The position numbers and the translations under genes are program-made. Shown here one piece after another: positions 29,161-39,386 of a DNA stretch of 64,000 bases. The notes beneath the pieces were generated by a model that was not told where the DNA came from, made no database searches, and worked only from the letters and a program-made list of their open reading frames with translations. Position 1 is the first letter of the stretch. Each line of letters starts with the position of its first letter. Origin of the DNA: a virus; IMG/VR virus record IMGVR_UViG_3300046787_000390, positions 32,001-96,000 of that record, one strand, 5' to 3'.

Positions 29161-29534
29161 AAATGAACGAAACAGATTTTATGAGAAAGTTAGCTGACTT
29201 GATCAGTCAACATCGCGATGACCAAGGCGTTGAGGCACCAGTTAGTGACTGCGATACACCAATGTACGACGAAGACGGTACTGAGCTTGTTAAACAGCCC
29301 GATGACAAAATGGTCCCCCCACTGCAACTCAAACTCGAATTGTTAAAACGAGCAGTGGATGTAGAAAACATCTACAGCGAAAACAATGGCGATCAAGATC
29401 CTCTAGCAAGCAACTATAAAACAACTCCGATGTCAGAAGAAGAAACTTCTGCATTGGAAAGCATGAAAAAAGCAGCAGGTGTGAACGCTCTTATCCGCAA
29501 TGAAATGAGTGACGACGAGCCATTAGATAGTTAA
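29157..29534 (+). CDS. hypothetical acidic protein (probably head-associated)
   Basis: 125-aa ORF with ATGA overlap. Confidence 0.5.
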   Translation: MKMNETDFMRKLADLISQHRDDQGVEAPVSDCDTPMYDEDGTELVKQPDDKMVPPLQLKLELLKRAVDVENIYSENNGDQDPLASNYKTTPMSEEETSALESMKKAAGVNALIRNEMSDDEPLDS

Positions 29535-29545
29535 GGAGAACTGCC

Positions 29546-31507
29546 ATGGCAGAAACAATGGAGCTATGGGCAAGTCGTATCAAAAACGCTGACCCTGCCA
29601 CGCATGTTGGCGAAGTAAACAGAATATTCTATTACCCAGACTCGGGAACGCTGAGAATCAGTGATGGTGTTACACCTGGCGGATTGCCAATCAACTTAAC
29701 AGGCAACCTAGCCAACATTGCAATTGCTAATTTTGTGTTTAACGGCACAACAATTACAACATCAGTTCCTAACGCTGCTATAGCTATACAAAGTAATGGA
29801 TCTGGTGGCAACATTGATCTTCTTCCTGGCGAGCAAATTAACATCGGCGGAGCATTGCATGTTCATGCTTCGGGAAATTTAAATGCTGCACCGTCATTTG
29901 ATGTAGCAAGCACAGGTGATGTTACTATTTTGGCACCAACTTCTGGGTATACTAGTGGTGTTAATATTATTGGTAGCAGCACTGGTACCGAACTTGTTCC
30001 TCAAAATACTGGTGTAATGCTGCATATCACCGGACAGGATGCAGATCCTAGCAGAATTTATAACGACGGCAATAGTGCCTATGCAACATACATTGGGCGC
30101 AGATTTAACGGAACAGTAGCTAGTCCAACTCAAGTCCTTGATAGTGAAGTAATTTCTAGAATTGGCTCTACGCCTTATACTAACACAGGTTGGCCGTTAA
30201 GCAGTACTGCAAGAATTAATTTTGTAGCTCACGGCGACCAAAGCTCGTCGAATTACGGAGCTAACATAGAATTCTGGACCACTCCGTTAAATTCGACTAC
30301 ACTTACTCGTGCTGCATATATTAACGGTGATACTTTATATTCTAATAATCTAACTACTTTAGGTAATGTAACTATTAAGTCTACTGGCAATGTATCAAAT
30401 ATTGGTGTTTTACAAGTTACTAACAATAGTAATGGCAATGTTCGGTATCCTGTGTTAGCAAATGTTTTGGCACAATTTACTGGTAAAGACAACACAACTC
30501 CATATATTGTGTTTGATGGATACGGCAATGTAAATTCATCAGCTACTAGCGGACAATTTGTATTTCGCAGCGGACGTGGCAATCTTGCTACGCCGGCAGC
30601 AGTTCAAAATAATGATTCACTGGGAGCAATTGGCGCTGCTGGGTGGGGAGACACTGGCTACGGCGGCGTGTATGCATCTAGCATTGAATTTAAAGCAGCA
30701 GGCACCTTTACTGATTCTAGCCGCCCTGGCAAAATAGTATTATCAGCAGTGCCGGCGTTATCAGCCTCGCCTAGCACAATAGTTACATTTACACCTAATC
30801 AAACAACATTTGCTGATAACCATTTGGTAGCCAATGCCTGGATTAACGTTCCTGCAGGCACAACCGCCCAGGCACCACTGCAATTTGCTCCGGGCGTGTT
30901 GCCCACAGTATCAACCCCGGGTGCGTTGGATTACAACGGCACAGCATTTTATGGTGTGCCAACTGGTTTACAAATTGGCGTTATTCCAACACAACAACAG
31001 TTTGTTCTTAATGGGACCCACAATCTCACACAAGGTTCTACTGCCTTGCAAAGCGTGTTTGGTAAGAGTGTAGGTATTAGTGCTGATACAAGATACTACT
31101 ATAAAATCACATTAAAGATTGCCAAACAAGGCCCTCAAGCTAGTGTAATTTATTATGCTCTGGGTCTAAGCAACGGGTTAACGCTAACTAATCACAGGTA
31201 TCGTGTGGATAGTTCCGTGACTAACGCTGATACTGGAGTTAGCGCAACTTACAGCACTAGCCAATACAAAACAACTAACTTTAGCGTAGCCGCGGCTGTT
31301 ACTCCGGCGATGACTACTAGTAATCCTGACTATGCTATGGTTACAATCGAAGGCTATATCGGCACAGGAGTTGCAGGAACGCTAACACCTCAAATTTCGT
31401 TTGATCCAGCACCTGTAACTAGCATATCTATTCAGCCACTAAGTAGTATGTGGATTTACCCAGTTGCTAGTGCAACTGGGAACGTATCAATTGGAACATG
31501 GGCCTAA
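29546..31507 (+). CDS. tail fibre/spike-like protein
   Basis: LRISDGVTPGG N-terminal motif; two copies of an R..G..A.P..V.......I.....GW....I.F.A module; AAGGAG SD. Confidence 0.7.
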   Translation: MAETMELWASRIKNADPATHVGEVNRIFYYPDSGTLRISDGVTPGGLPINLTGNLANIAIANFVFNGTTITTSVPNAAIAIQSNGSGGNIDLLPGEQINIGGALHVHASGNLNAAPSFDVASTGDVTILAPTSGYTSGVNIIGSSTGTELVPQNTGVMLHITGQDADPSRIYNDGNSAYATYIGRRFNGTVASPTQVLDSEVISRIGSTPYTNTGWPLSSTARINFVAHGDQSSSNYGANIEFWTTPLNSTTLTRAAYINGDTLYSNNLTTLGNVTIKSTGNVSNIGVLQVTNNSNGNVRYPVLANVLAQFTGKDNTTPYIVFDGYGNVNSSATSGQFVFRSGRGNLATPAAVQNNDSLGAIGAAGWGDTGYGGVYASSIEFKAAGTFTDSSRPGKIVLSAVPALSASPSTIVTFTPNQTTFADNHLVANAWINVPAGTTAQAPLQFAPGVLPTVSTPGALDYNGTAFYGVPTGLQIGVIPTQQQFVLNGTHNLTQGSTALQSVFGKSVGISADTRYYYKITLKIAKQGPQASVIYYALGLSNGLTLTNHRYRVDSSVTNADTGVSATYSTSQYKTTNFSVAAAVTPAMTTSNPDYAMVTIEGYIGTGVAGTLTPQISFDPAPVTSISIQPLSSMWIYPVASATGNVSIGTWA

Positions 31508-31508
31508 T

Positions 31509-32216
31509 ATGAAAAAACTAATCTTACTCTTATTGATCGCACCAACATTTGCACTTGCGCAGATTGCACAACTGTGTCCGCAATTCTTGCCTAACGGTCC
31601 GGTAGCATATCAAGCTCAACCGGGCGACCAGGAACTGTGTAAAACAAACTATGCAGTGATTCATCGTTGTTCAGTTAAGGCACCTGTTGCTGTGTTTGAA
31701 CACCTAACTCGTGAATCAATGACTGGTCCTGCAAAACGCAAAGACAACTTTAGACCAGACCCACAAGTATTCCAACAGTGTCAGGCCACACTGCAAGACT
31801 ATGCTACAGTTGGCAGAACACATGATCGTGGACACATGGCACCTGCAGGCAACAACACAACTAACGATCAAATCATGTCAGAAAGTTTTTTCTTGAGCAA
31901 CATGGTAGCCCAAGTTGCAAACAACAATCGTGGCATCTGGAAGCAGTTAGAGACATGGGAAAGAGACTGGGCTTCCAAAGGTGGGGACTTTTATATTTTT
32001 TCCGGTGGTATTTTTGATCAAGGCCATCCTGTAACAGGCAATGGCTTAGGCATCCCAACTAGACTATACAAGATCATCTACGAAAAGAATTCCAAGCAAG
32101 CAATGGCATACTTAATGCCAAATGCCCCACTACCTGTTGCAGACTTGCCAAAGTATCAAGTTTCTGTAGAAACAGTAGAGCAAGCTACAGGCATTCGCTT
32201 TAACGTTGGCAAATGA
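31509..32216 (+). CDS. secreted DNA/RNA non-specific endonuclease (NucA/EndA family)
   Basis: Signal peptide MKKLILLLLIAPTFALA; DRGHMAPAG, SF.LSNM..Q..N.NRG.W..LE, IPT.LYKI. Confidence 0.9.
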   Translation: MKKLILLLLIAPTFALAQIAQLCPQFLPNGPVAYQAQPGDQELCKTNYAVIHRCSVKAPVAVFEHLTRESMTGPAKRKDNFRPDPQVFQQCQATLQDYATVGRTHDRGHMAPAGNNTTNDQIMSESFFLSNMVAQVANNNRGIWKQLETWERDWASKGGDFYIFSGGIFDQGHPVTGNGLGIPTRLYKIIYEKNSKQAMAYLMPNAPLPVADLPKYQVSVETVEQATGIRFNVGK

Positions 32217-32479
32217 CAGAACACATTCGTTTCTCCACTGCTAACTTACAATACACAAACTCTAACGAGGATTGCTACTTAGACCCCAGCGATCCTCTTT
32301 TTGCTTTGCAAGGACAGGGTACGTTGGGCACACTAACTCCTGCTTCAGTAACAGCAGCATACGATGCACACAAGCGGCAACAAATAGCCAACCAACATTT
32401 CCAACTTAGGGACGAGGCAAAACGTCTAGGTATCCGCCCTGGCACACCTGCGTGGCATGCCCTTAACCAATCTAAATAA
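32213..32479 (+). CDS. hypothetical protein
   Basis: 88-aa ORF ending GIRPGTPAW; ATGA overlap. Confidence 0.55.
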   Translation: MTEHIRFSTANLQYTNSNEDCYLDPSDPLFALQGQGTLGTLTPASVTAAYDAHKRQQIANQHFQLRDEAKRLGIRPGTPAWHALNQSK

Positions 32480-32507
32480 CACTGGTTAATTACCGTTAAA
32501 TACAGCC

Positions 32508-34076
32508 ATGAGCACATTAGAAGGCGTATTAGTCAAGACCCCACACAAGAAACAAGTTTTCACAGATCAACAACTTGAAGAATTCGTACTGGCTGCAGAT
32601 CCTGTAACAGGTCCGGACTATTTCTTAGACAACTATTTTTATATCCAGCACCCCACACGTGGCAAGATGCTGTATCATCCCTACGAATATCAAAAGAAAC
32701 TGATACACACATACCATCACTATCGTTATAGTATCTCGATGATGCCACGACAAACTGGTAAGTCGACTAGTGCCGCAGGATATCTATTATGGTACGCTAT
32801 GTTTGTGCCTGACTCTACTATTCTTATTGCAGCGCACAAGTACACAGGCTCACAAGAAATTATGCAACGTATTCGCTTTGCATATGAGCTATGCCCAGAT
32901 CATATTCGAGCAGGTGTAACAAGCTATAACAAAGGATCAATTGACTTTGACAACGGCTCACGTATTGTGTCAGCTACAACTACTGAAAATACCGGTCGTG
33001 GTATGAGTATCTCGCTCCTATACGCTGACGAATTTGCATTCGTTAGACCTACTATTGCGCAAGAGTTCTGGACTTCTATTTCACCTACACTAGCAACTGG
33101 TGGTAAAGCAATCATCACATCAACACCCAACTCAGACGAAGATCAGTTTGCGTTGATCTGGAAGATGGCTAACAAGATGGAAGACGAATACGGTAACCCA
33201 ACTGAAGTTGGTACCAACGGATTCCGCGCTTATCGCAGTTACTGGCAAGAACATCCAGACCGCGATGAAAAGTGGGGCAAGGACATGGAAGCCCAACTAG
33301 GAGTAGATCGTTTCCGTCGAGAGATTGGATGCGAGTTTATTATTAACGACGAAACGTTGATTGCTCCTATTAAACTTCTAGACTTAAAGGGCGAAGAGCC
33401 ACTTTACAAAACAGGGCAAGTACGATGGTACAAACGTCCACAAGCTGGTAGACTTTATGTAGTGGCGCTTGACCCTAGCTTGGGCACAGGCGGTGATCCG
33501 GCAGCTATACAAATTTTTGAAGCCAATACTACTGAGCAAATTGGCGAGTGGCGCCATAATAAAACTGACATTCCTACACAAATACGTATTCTAGCAGACA
33601 TTGTTAAACACATCAACGAGTATGTTAGAGACCAAAATTCTATCTATTACTCTGTGGAGAATAATACCATTGGTGAAGCAGCACTTATTAGTATTGCTGA
33701 ATACGGGGAAGAAAATATTCCAGGATACTTTCTAAGCGATGGCACAGTAACTGGATCTAGTAACCGCAGATTCCGCAAAGGATTTAATACCACTAACAAG
33801 TCTAAACTAACAGCCTGCGCCAAGCTCAAAGTAATGGTAGAGTCGGGCAAGATGAAAATCAAAAGCTCCCCATTAGTTTCTGAGCTAAAAACGTTTGTGG
33901 CATTTGGTACTAGTTATGCTGCCAAGCCCGGCGAAACAGACGACTTGGTAATGAGCACATTGCTAGCAGTTCGTATGATGCAGCAGTTGCAAAGCTATCA
34001 TACTGAAATGGACAATCAAATGAGAGACCACGGCGACGTCATGATAGAGCCCATGCCTTTCATTGTAATGCGATAA
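32508..34076 (+). CDS. gp17: terminase large subunit
   Basis: PRQTGKST Walker A, LLYADEFAF Walker B, ITSTPN, ALDPS.G.GGD and DDLVMS nuclease motifs; late promoter at 32497-32502. Confidence 0.95.
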   Translation: MSTLEGVLVKTPHKKQVFTDQQLEEFVLAADPVTGPDYFLDNYFYIQHPTRGKMLYHPYEYQKKLIHTYHHYRYSISMMPRQTGKSTSAAGYLLWYAMFVPDSTILIAAHKYTGSQEIMQRIRFAYELCPDHIRAGVTSYNKGSIDFDNGSRIVSATTTENTGRGMSISLLYADEFAFVRPTIAQEFWTSISPTLATGGKAIITSTPNSDEDQFALIWKMANKMEDEYGNPTEVGTNGFRAYRSYWQEHPDRDEKWGKDMEAQLGVDRFRREIGCEFIINDETLIAPIKLLDLKGEEPLYKTGQVRWYKRPQAGRLYVVALDPSLGTGGDPAAIQIFEANTTEQIGEWRHNKTDIPTQIRILADIVKHINEYVRDQNSIYYSVENNTIGEAALISIAEYGEENIPGYFLSDGTVTGSSNRRFRKGFNTTNKSKLTACAKLKVMVESGKMKIKSSPLVSELKTFVAFGTSYAAKPGETDDLVMSTLLAVRMMQQLQSYHTEMDNQMRDHGDVMIEPMPFIVMR

Positions 34077-34086
34077 ATATAACACT

Positions 34087-35973
34087 ATGGCACAAAATAC
34101 AGCAAACCAACAACTTTACGATCTCTTGGTTACCAAGAACTTTGAAATACAAGCACTAGACGGCCAAACTGGCCGTGGCCCTGTTGACGAAGACGGTAAT
34201 CCTGATATTTCTAAAGCGGATGAATTTAGATTCGACTTTGTTCCTGAATCGGGTAAAAATTACGGATCTGTAGTCATATTCCTTGGCGACAACAAAGAGC
34301 TATCAATATTCTTTGGGGACAACATCGGCAAGTCAATGGAAACCGAAGACAAAACTGAATGGTTCGAATTGCTACAACAGCTCAAACGTTTTGCTACTAA
34401 AAACTTTATGAGTTTTACCCCGCAAAACATTACCAAATTAAAATACACCAAGCAAGGCCAAGCTGCAATCAAAGAAGGCCTGTTTGAATCTTGGCAAGGC
34501 AAAGGCAACATTAGCTGGAACGGCCAACCTACTGAAGCACGCCTTGTAATCAAACACAAAAAATCTCTAAACGAAGACGAAGCACGTTTCCGTTATATCG
34601 AAAGCATCTATGTTGAAACGGCCGAAGGTGAACGATTTAAACTAAAGAGTCGTAGCTTGACTGCTGGCAAAGCAATGCTAGAACATGTGCGCCAGGGCGG
34701 TAACCCTTACGATGTCCGCGCACAACACATCAACGAAATTGTAGAAGAACTATCTGTACTAAGTCGTTTTCGCAGAGCTAATGCTGGCAAAGTGTTAGAA
34801 GGCGATACCAAGAACCTAGTTGAACAAACTGAATCATATTACAAAAACATGCACTCTGTGCTAAAGCACTTGGGCTCTCAAAGAGGATATAGTGCATATT
34901 TTGAATCGTGGACGCCTTCGGTTAACGAGGGTAATCTAGTAGTAGAAGACCTCAAGGGGTTGTTTGTCGAACAAACAATCGATCACAGAATCGAAGAAGC
35001 GTTGCCATTGCTGGCTCGCATCACACAGGAAGCAAATGCAATGAAAGAAGCACAAATTTTTGAATCGTGGGTTAATAACTTGGTTGAAGGCACATGGGCT
35101 ATTCCAGAAACACCAGAACAAAAACAAACATTGGTTGATTTAATGAGCAAAGAACTGCCAGTTGGTGCAGATGCAACCAATGCAACGGAACAGCTTTATG
35201 ATGTATTTGGCGACGATATGTTGTTTGATCAATTGCAAGAACTTGCAGATGCAAATGCAAATGCTGATGCTCGCAGCGTTATCCTAACTCGCATGGAAGA
35301 ACTAGCCAGCGAAAGCCCCGACGTTGAAGCAGTATTGGGTCAACTGCAAACAACTAATCCTGGTAGCCCAGAACTTGATGCACAACCTGATGCAGAAGAA
35401 TTAGGACAAGAAGTTGCAGGCGATGAAACATTGCCACAAGAAGTCGAGGAAAGCCAACTAAATGAATATTTGGTTAAGGCCGGCATGCCAGTTAAGGATG
35501 TGCTGGCACTAAACCTATTCCAGGACTTTGATCCAGTGGAAGGTGCTGCTGCACAGTTCCCAGAGTTTGCGGAAGAGCCTATGTGGCAACAGGTTGTGCG
35601 CAAGTATGCACCTATTGCTAACATGCTGAAGAAAAAGCTACTGGCACAAAAGCGTCGACTAACCGATGCCGAAGCAGAAGCAGTCGACGAAACATGGTAT
35701 GACGGTTCAGATGCTTACGACGACGTAGAAATTGAATATCTAGTGGGCATTTACAATCAACAGATCGACACACTAGAAGCATTGCTAGCAGGTAATTTAA
35801 CTGATGAAGAATTTAGCGAAGCCCAATGCAATATGACCGAAGCAGGTGAATACTGCCCACAGCACAAACTCGAAGAGTGCGGCATTATGGAATATAGCGG
35901 AAACTGGACCAACTTTGGTTTGGAAGAAAGCGATTCATTAAGTCAACTCAAGAAGTTAGCGCATGGTAAGTAA
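34087..35973 (+). CDS. large acidic late protein, probably head-internal
   Basis: Late promoter at 34074-34079; repeated [ILVFM]-x-E-[SGA] motifs; ends L..LKKLA. Confidence 0.6.
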   Translation: MAQNTANQQLYDLLVTKNFEIQALDGQTGRGPVDEDGNPDISKADEFRFDFVPESGKNYGSVVIFLGDNKELSIFFGDNIGKSMETEDKTEWFELLQQLKRFATKNFMSFTPQNITKLKYTKQGQAAIKEGLFESWQGKGNISWNGQPTEARLVIKHKKSLNEDEARFRYIESIYVETAEGERFKLKSRSLTAGKAMLEHVRQGGNPYDVRAQHINEIVEELSVLSRFRRANAGKVLEGDTKNLVEQTESYYKNMHSVLKHLGSQRGYSAYFESWTPSVNEGNLVVEDLKGLFVEQTIDHRIEEALPLLARITQEANAMKEAQIFESWVNNLVEGTWAIPETPEQKQTLVDLMSKELPVGADATNATEQLYDVFGDDMLFDQLQELADANANADARSVILTRMEELASESPDVEAVLGQLQTTNPGSPELDAQPDAEELGQEVAGDETLPQEVEESQLNEYLVKAGMPVKDVLALNLFQDFDPVEGAAAQFPEFAEEPMWQQVVRKYAPIANMLKKKLLAQKRRLTDAEAEAVDETWYDGSDAYDDVEIEYLVGIYNQQIDTLEALLAGNLTDEEFSEAQCNMTEAGEYCPQHKLEECGIMEYSGNWTNFGLEESDSLSQLKKLAHGK

Positions 35974-35976
35974 TGC

Positions 35977-36816
35977 GTGAACTTTGAACGCATTGTATTA
36001 ACAACTTTCCCTGGTTATTTTTATTCCCAAATAAACTGCCTGCGTAGCATACAAAAATATGCCGCAGGCTTTCCTATTGATATTATTATCGACGACTTTG
36101 ATATAAAGCATTGGCCCACATACGTAGAAGATAGTCAGCAGTACATAAAATTTAACTTTCCCGAAGTTGATATTACATTTCGCAGATTCAGTGATTTTCC
36201 AGGAATGGAACGTGTTCAAACAGGCGGCTGGTTTAGACAACAATTGGTAAAGTTATACCTGGATAAATTTGTCACAGGCAATAGTTGGTTACTTGTTGAT
36301 GCTGATGTTGAGTTTGTTGAACCAATTAGATTAGATACAATAAGTGCAACAGTTTCAACACACCCAGATCCTATTAACATTGGCAACCGACTATATGTTA
36401 AATTCATGCTTGGTACAAATACACCCTGGGTAGTAAATGAACACGAGTATTGGTGCATGAGTTCTGTGCCATTTAGATATTTACAACGTGATTTACTTAC
36501 AGGGATTAGAGACCGAGTTGAAACATTGCATAACAAATCTTTATTTGACTTGCATCTTGAGTTGTTTGAACAGGATAAATTAGTAGCGTTTGATCCCACT
36601 AGCACTACAATGATTATGAGTGAATTTCAACTAATTGAATTATTTAGACATAGTTACTATCACGATCCTTTGCCTATTGCTAAATTTGCGGCTAGCAACT
36701 TTAAACATTCGTCAATTAAGGACTGGAACAATTCTCGTAACGAGATTGAGCAATATGCTGTAGTCATTGATCCGCATTGGGACTGCTTGCAAAATTTTGG
36801 AAAACACCATGTCTAG
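35977..36816 (+). CDS. GT-A fold glycosyltransferase-like protein (DUF6492-like)
   Basis: GWFRQQLVKL motif, DxD (VDAD), SEF.L; GTG start. Confidence 0.55.
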   Translation: MNFERIVLTTFPGYFYSQINCLRSIQKYAAGFPIDIIIDDFDIKHWPTYVEDSQQYIKFNFPEVDITFRRFSDFPGMERVQTGGWFRQQLVKLYLDKFVTGNSWLLVDADVEFVEPIRLDTISATVSTHPDPINIGNRLYVKFMLGTNTPWVVNEHEYWCMSSVPFRYLQRDLLTGIRDRVETLHNKSLFDLHLELFEQDKLVAFDPTSTTMIMSEFQLIELFRHSYYHDPLPIAKFAASNFKHSSIKDWNNSRNEIEQYAVVIDPHWDCLQNFGKHHV

Positions 36817-37573
36817 ACTTTTTACAATTGGATGCAGCTTTACACAATATTGGCGCTGGCCTACCTGGGCAGATGCGTTGGGACAAGAGTTTGATCACTT
36901 TGAAAACTGGGGACTTTGTGGCGCAGGTAACAGCTACATACTCTGGAGTTTGGTAGAGTGTAATCAACGTAATAAATTAACTGCCGACGATGAGGTTTGG
37001 ATCATGTGGACAAATACTAGCCGTGAGGATAGGCATGTTAACGGTCGTTGGCTAGAAGGTGGAAATGTGTATTGGTCTGCCGGAAGCACATTGCCAGCTG
37101 AATATGTAAAAAAGTTTGCTGACGAACGTGGATACCTAATTAGAGATCTGGCAAATATAGCCGCAGCAAAGCAAATACTTGATCAGACTGGTTGCAAGTA
37201 TAAATTCTTGAGTATGGTATCTCTAGCTAAAACAAACAAGGACACTGGCCACGGCGACAATCCCAGTAATACCAATACAAACATACAAGATGTGCTAGAT
37301 TTTTACAAAGACACTATTAGTACACTAGGACCTAGTGTACAAGATACACTGTTTAATGGTGACTGGTGGACAACACGCCCGGGTATTCCAGACAATTACG
37401 ATCCGAAACAACGAGACTTTCATCCTACTCCCTTAGAACACATTGAGTATCTTGAGTTAGTTGCACCGGGTAGATTAACACAGTCATCCAAAGATTGGAT
37501 GACACAATGGCACTGGCACGTAACTGATAAAACGCTAAAATGGCAAGAGCCAAACAGACCAAGGAGATTATGA
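36809..37573 (+). CDS. SGNH/GDSL-like hydrolase or acyltransferase
   Basis: IGCSFT, N.G..GAGN, DFHP motifs. Confidence 0.6.
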   Translation: MSRLFTIGCSFTQYWRWPTWADALGQEFDHFENWGLCGAGNSYILWSLVECNQRNKLTADDEVWIMWTNTSREDRHVNGRWLEGGNVYWSAGSTLPAEYVKKFADERGYLIRDLANIAAAKQILDQTGCKYKFLSMVSLAKTNKDTGHGDNPSNTNTNIQDVLDFYKDTISTLGPSVQDTLFNGDWWTTRPGIPDNYDPKQRDFHPTPLEHIEYLELVAPGRLTQSSKDWMTQWHWHVTDKTLKWQEPNRPRRL

Positions 37574-38211
37574 TGGATTTTATTACTACAGGACCGAACC
37601 GATATTGTGTTCATTATGACAGTTGGATGGACGGTGGCGGAACCTGGTTTGGGCAAGAGTACATAGATGTTATAGAACAACAATATCCAGGTCGGGTGTT
37701 TGACAAGTGTTACGAATGGTGCGCAGGACCGGCATACATTGGGTTTGGATTGTTAGACCACGGGATTTGTAAGTCTCTGTGTGCAAGCGACATATATTCT
37801 GATGCTATTCTAGCAGTTGAGCAAACAATTAAACAAAATCGATTAACTGACGTTACTGCCTATGCAACAGGGACAGTGGCAGGATTACCAGAACATGAAA
37901 AATTTGATTTGGTTGTTTCTAATCCTCCGCACTTCCTTGAATGCCCGGGTGACGACAACTATCAGCGCATTGCTGTAGATCAAAATTGGGCAGCGCACCA
38001 GGAGTTCTTTGCCAACATAGGGCAGCACCTGTTGCCTAATGGAGTTATCCTGTTACAAGAAAATCAAGCAGGGTCGTTAAACAGAGAAAAAGATTTTGAA
38101 CAGTACATTAATGCAGCTGGCCTCAAAATAACAAATGTGTTTGACAGCCCAAAACACTATACACCAGACCACTACACGCAGATCTACTACATAGAAATTA
38201 AGCAAAAATAA
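37570..38211 (+). CDS. SAM-dependent methyltransferase (MTS/HemK-like, NPPH motif)
   Basis: EWCAGPAYIG motif I; FDLVVSNPPHF. Confidence 0.8.
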   Translation: MMDFITTGPNRYCVHYDSWMDGGGTWFGQEYIDVIEQQYPGRVFDKCYEWCAGPAYIGFGLLDHGICKSLCASDIYSDAILAVEQTIKQNRLTDVTAYATGTVAGLPEHEKFDLVVSNPPHFLECPGDDNYQRIAVDQNWAAHQEFFANIGQHLLPNGVILLQENQAGSLNREKDFEQYINAAGLKITNVFDSPKHYTPDHYTQIYYIEIKQK

Positions 38212-38224
38212 GTTGCCTTTTGTC

Positions 38225-38253
38225 TTGCGATGCTAAATAAACTAGTATACAAT
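38225..38253 (+). promoter_or_regulatory. nested sigma70 and late promoters for gp32
   Basis: TTGCGA-17 nt-TACAAT with TAAATA (38234-38239) inside the spacer. Confidence 0.55.
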
Positions 38254-38331
38254 ACAACTTGTATGCACAGGCAACACATCTAAATTTAGATAACAAGCAT
38301 ATACATAGGCAACATTTATAGGAGATTAACT

Positions 38332-39330
38332 ATGGCATCATTAGCAGAAATTCGCGCACGTTTACAGGCAGCAGACAACAAACAAGGTGGTAATCAAACA
38401 GGCGGTGATCGCAGCATCTACCCGCACTGGAATATGGAAGAAGGCCAATCAGCTACATTACGCTTCCTCCCCGATGGTAACAACAAAAACACATTTTTCT
38501 GGGTAGAACGCCAGATGATTCGTTTGCCATTCGCTGGCATTAAAGGCGAGATGGATTCGAAACAAGTCATGGTGCAAGTACCATGCGTTGAAATGTGGGA
38601 ACCAAACTCATGCCCAATCTTGGCAGAAGTCCGCACCTGGTTCAAGGACAAGAGCCTTGAAGAAATGGGTCGCAAGTACTGGAAAAAGCGTTCATACATC
38701 ATGCAAGGTTTCGTTCGTGAAAACCCAATTGGTGATGACACTACACCGGACAATCCGATCCGCAAGTTTATCATTGGCCCACAGTTGTTCGCAACTATCA
38801 AGGCTGTGTTGATGGACCCAGAAACAGAAGAATTGCCAACAGACGCATTGCGTGGATTGGACTTCCGTATCAGCAAAACACAAAAAGGTGGATATGCTGA
38901 CTATTCTACTTCAAAGTGGAGCCGTAAGGAATCCGCACTTAATGAAGTTGAAGCAGCAGCAATTGAAGCACATGGATTGTTTGACTTGAACACATTCTTG
39001 CCAAAGCGCCCAGGCGATGTTGAGCTGCGTGTAATGAAGGAAATGTTTGAAGCATCAGTTGATGGTCAACCTTACGACACAGAGCGTTGGGGTCAATACT
39101 TCCGTCCAGCAGGTGTTAATGCACCTAGCGGTACCGGTGATGCAGAAGCAGCACCAGCGCCTGCTCCAGCAGCTCGTCCAGCAGCACCTGCTCCAGTAGC
39201 AGAAACTCCTGGTTGGGAAGATGAGCCAGCAGAAGCAACAGCACCAGTTGTTGTTAAGCCAGCGCCAGCCGCAGGCGGACAAAATGCTCAAGACATCTTG
39301 GCTATGATTCGTAGCCGTCAAGCTAAGTAA
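38332..39330 (+). CDS. gp32: single-stranded DNA-binding protein
   Basis: LRFLPD, C......CP, YWKKR, G.DF...K..KGGYADY.TS.W; AGGAG SD; located next to uvsX. Confidence 0.85.
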   Translation: MASLAEIRARLQAADNKQGGNQTGGDRSIYPHWNMEEGQSATLRFLPDGNNKNTFFWVERQMIRLPFAGIKGEMDSKQVMVQVPCVEMWEPNSCPILAEVRTWFKDKSLEEMGRKYWKKRSYIMQGFVRENPIGDDTTPDNPIRKFIIGPQLFATIKAVLMDPETEELPTDALRGLDFRISKTQKGGYADYSTSKWSRKESALNEVEAAAIEAHGLFDLNTFLPKRPGDVELRVMKEMFEASVDGQPYDTERWGQYFRPAGVNAPSGTGDAEAAPAPAPAARPAAPAPVAETPGWEDEPAEATAPVVVKPAPAAGGQNAQDILAMIRSRQAK

Positions 39331-39339
39331 TCAGCAAAC

Positions 39340-39367
39340 ACACACAGGGGAAACTCTGTGTGTTCTT
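39340..39367 (+). terminator. stem-loop between gp32 and uvsX (terminator-like)
   Basis: ACACACAGGG-GAAA-CTCTGTGTGT followed by TCTT (weak U-tract). Confidence 0.55.
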
Positions 39368-39386
39368 CTCTCTATACAGGTGATAT

